DNA of 63,810 bases, the filler included, from Chiloscyllium plagiosum (taxonomy: Eukaryota), in the NCBI RefSeq assembly GCF_004010195.1. It is 3 parts of one record of this genome, joined end to end, with 100 filler letters (N's around TTAATTAATTAA, not from the genome) between each part and the next. Parts side by side here need not be neighbours in the genome. Positions count along the whole stretch, not along the records: positions 59,449 to 63,810 come from NC_057716.1; 2 more parts are not named here. One strand, given 5' to 3'. Below the pieces are notes generated by a model that worked only from the letters and a program-made list of their open reading frames with translations, was not told where the DNA came from and did no database searches. Positions 61,745 to 63,810 of the stretch are shown here, one piece after another (within the stretch, counting starts at the first letter, position 1; the number at the start of each line of letters is the position of its first letter). The position numbers and the translations under genes are program-made.

Positions 61745-63575
61745 TGAACTTCCACTGCATCCTCTCCAGTGCTATCACATCCTTCCAATAGCATGGTGAC
61801 CAGAACTGCGCACAGTATTCCATCTGTGGCCTAACCAATGTTTTATAAAATTGAAATAAGACTTCTTTGCTCCTATATTTGATTCCACGTCTAATGAAGG
61901 CAAACATCCCATTTACCTTCTTCACCACCCTTTTTATCTGTGATGATAGGGATCGTTGGACTTGTACACTCTCAGGTTCCTTTGTTCTTCAGTACTCCTT
62001 AGGGACTTACCATTCAATGTATGCATTATTCCCTTGATTAGACCTTCCAAAGTTCATCACGTCACATTTAGCAGGATTGAATTCCATCCGCCATTGCTCT
62101 GCCCAATTTACGTGCTGATCTATATCAGGCTGTAGCCTGAGACTATCCTCCTCACTTTCAACAACACCAGTAATTTTCAGATCAGATAAAAACTTAGTAA
62201 GTATACCTTTTACATTTACATCCAGGTCAATAATGCACATGATGAGCAGTAAGGATCCCAGCACCAATCCTGTGGTACACTGCTGATTAGTCTTCCAATC
62301 ACAAAAACAACTCTCCGCCAAGACCCTTTGCCTGATCTTAGCAAGCCAGTTTTTGGGTCCATTTTGCAAATGTTTTTGGATCCCATAGGCTTGTCCAAAT
62401 GATTAGAGTCTATTATGTGGGACCCTGTCAAAGGCCTTACTAAAGTCCACATAAACCACATCAACTGCATAACCATCGTCAATATATTTATTCACCTTTT
62501 TTTAAAAAGAACTCAACCTTAATTTATCAGACAGAATCACCCTTTAACAAATATGTGCTGACTATCCCTGATCAGTTCTTTCCAAGTGTTGATTAATCCT
62601 TTCCTTCGAAATTTTTTCCAATAATTTCCCTACCGCTGACTTCAGACGTAACTGGCCTTGTAATTACCTGGTCTATCTCTGCTGCGTTTTTTGAACAAAG
62701 AAACCATAATAGATATAATCCAGTCATCTGGCCCTTCACCAATGGCTAGCAAACTATTAAATACAAAGGAACCTCGAACGTACAAATGAGTCGGGTGAGC
62801 AGTATTTTGTTCGGATAATTGATTTGACCTTAAACAAGGGAAGCCCATACTGATCTAACGCTGTTTGTTTAAATCTATAATTCTGATGAGTCTGCTATTT
62901 AAACAAACTAATCTTTGAATTCTGCAAAGTGCAGGTTAAACTGAGAAGGACTAAACCCTTACCATCACATTAATATATGAAATCCCAGCATTAAGCAAGG
63001 TCCCGAACATCTTCTACAATCATAAGAGCATTTGTCAGTTTCCATGAACTCAGTCTTGCGATAAAAAGACAGAAGCACCACCTCGCGCGTGTGTTTCCTT
63101 TCTCTGCCTTTTTTTCGCGCATGGCCTGGTAACCATAAGACATAGGAGTGGAAGTAAGGCCTTTCGGCCCATCGAGTCCACTCCGCCATTCAATCATGGC
63201 TGATGGGCATTTCAAGTCCACACGTAAAGTGACGGGAATAAAACATTTAGTTTTGCAAAGAGCTGTATAACTAACCCTTACGTAGAAAAGAAAATCCAGA
63301 CACTGTTGCTTGAATTGATTGTGTTTCTTTGTTTTTGCCTGTGTTTTCACATGTTCTTCAGTACAGGTAGTCTGAATTCACTTACCCCTTTGATGTAATG
63401 TTTTCATGGGATCTTGAGATCTTGTTCGGATAATCCGAAATTTGGATAATTGATGTGCGGTTAATCGAGGTTCCTCCTGTACATTAGCCAGGGTCCCATC
63501 AGTCTGTTTCCTGACCTTTCGTTCACAGTCTGGGATATATCAGGCCCCTGGGGATTTGAACACATTTATGCCCAA
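61745..63575 (-). mobile_element. CR1 ORF2 remnant interrupted by a MITE
   Basis: Minus ORFs WAEQWRMEFNPAKCDVMNFG and KTLVRPQMEYCAQFWSP. It resumes after 63481 (gatatatcaggccctgggga). Confidence 0.85.
62764..63479. mobile_element. Tigger/pogo-type MITE carrying a nested CR1-tail fragment (~63130-63222)
   Basis: Ends CAAAGGAACCTCGA and TCGAGGTTCCTCCTG, with TA at 62762-62763 and 63480-63481. Internal ttcggataat repeats. Confidence 0.75.
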
Positions 63576-63619
63576 TAATGTGCATTTTGAAAGGTCAAGT
63601 ATAGGTTGAAGTTAGACAG

Positions 63620-63810
63620 CTCTGGATCAGTGGTGCTGGAAGAGCACAGCAATTCAGGCAGCAAAATCGACGTTTCGGGCAAAAGCCCTTCATCAGGAAT
63701 AAAGGCAGAGAGCCTGAAGCATGGAGAGATGAGCTAGCGGAGGGTGGGGGTGGGGAGAAAATAGCATAGACTACAATAGGTGAGTGGGGGAGGAGATGAA
63801 GGTGAGAGTA
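63620..63810 (-). mobile_element. Penelope-like 3' end with intact hammerhead core (63669-63696)
   Basis: Reverse complement reads CTGATGA-A-GGGC(TTTT)GCCC-GAAAC-GTC; same family as 42916-43009. Confidence 0.78.

Overview
Eukaryotic, repeat-rich vertebrate genomic DNA, very probably from a cartilaginous fish (shark). This assignment rests on HE1-type V-SINEs paired with HER1/CR1 LINEs, DeuSINE-type SINEs, Penelope-like elements and a CPS III-like exon. Only two host coding exons are recognisable, both on the + strand: the terminal coding exon of a PARD3B orthologue (7851-8247, ending ...QDPRQKNGMTAAV*) with a long 3' UTR, and one isolated 177-bp internal exon of CPS1/CPS III (60604-60780). 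Two artificial 100-bp scaffold gaps (44N-TTAATTAATTAA-44N) split the window into three contigs, so long-range adjacency is not guaranteed. The remainder is CR1, L2, Tx1/L1 and Rex1-like LINE remnants, several SINE families, Penelope 3' ends and two Tigger/pogo-type MITEs. Most notable are: (i) a decayed ~3-kb LINE with no ORF1 whose 5' end is a tRNA-like (A/B-box) head, and whose 5' ~300 nt plus 3' ~70 nt make up an abundant local SINE; (ii) two families of minimal hammerhead-ribozyme motifs in Penelope ends, several in fold-back insertions with target-site duplications; (iii) several locally templated duplications or inversions; (iv) the orphan CPS1 exon, which begins with a perfect AG|GTAATG splice-site overlap. 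All family names come from motif recognition, not database searches, and repeat boundaries are approximate.
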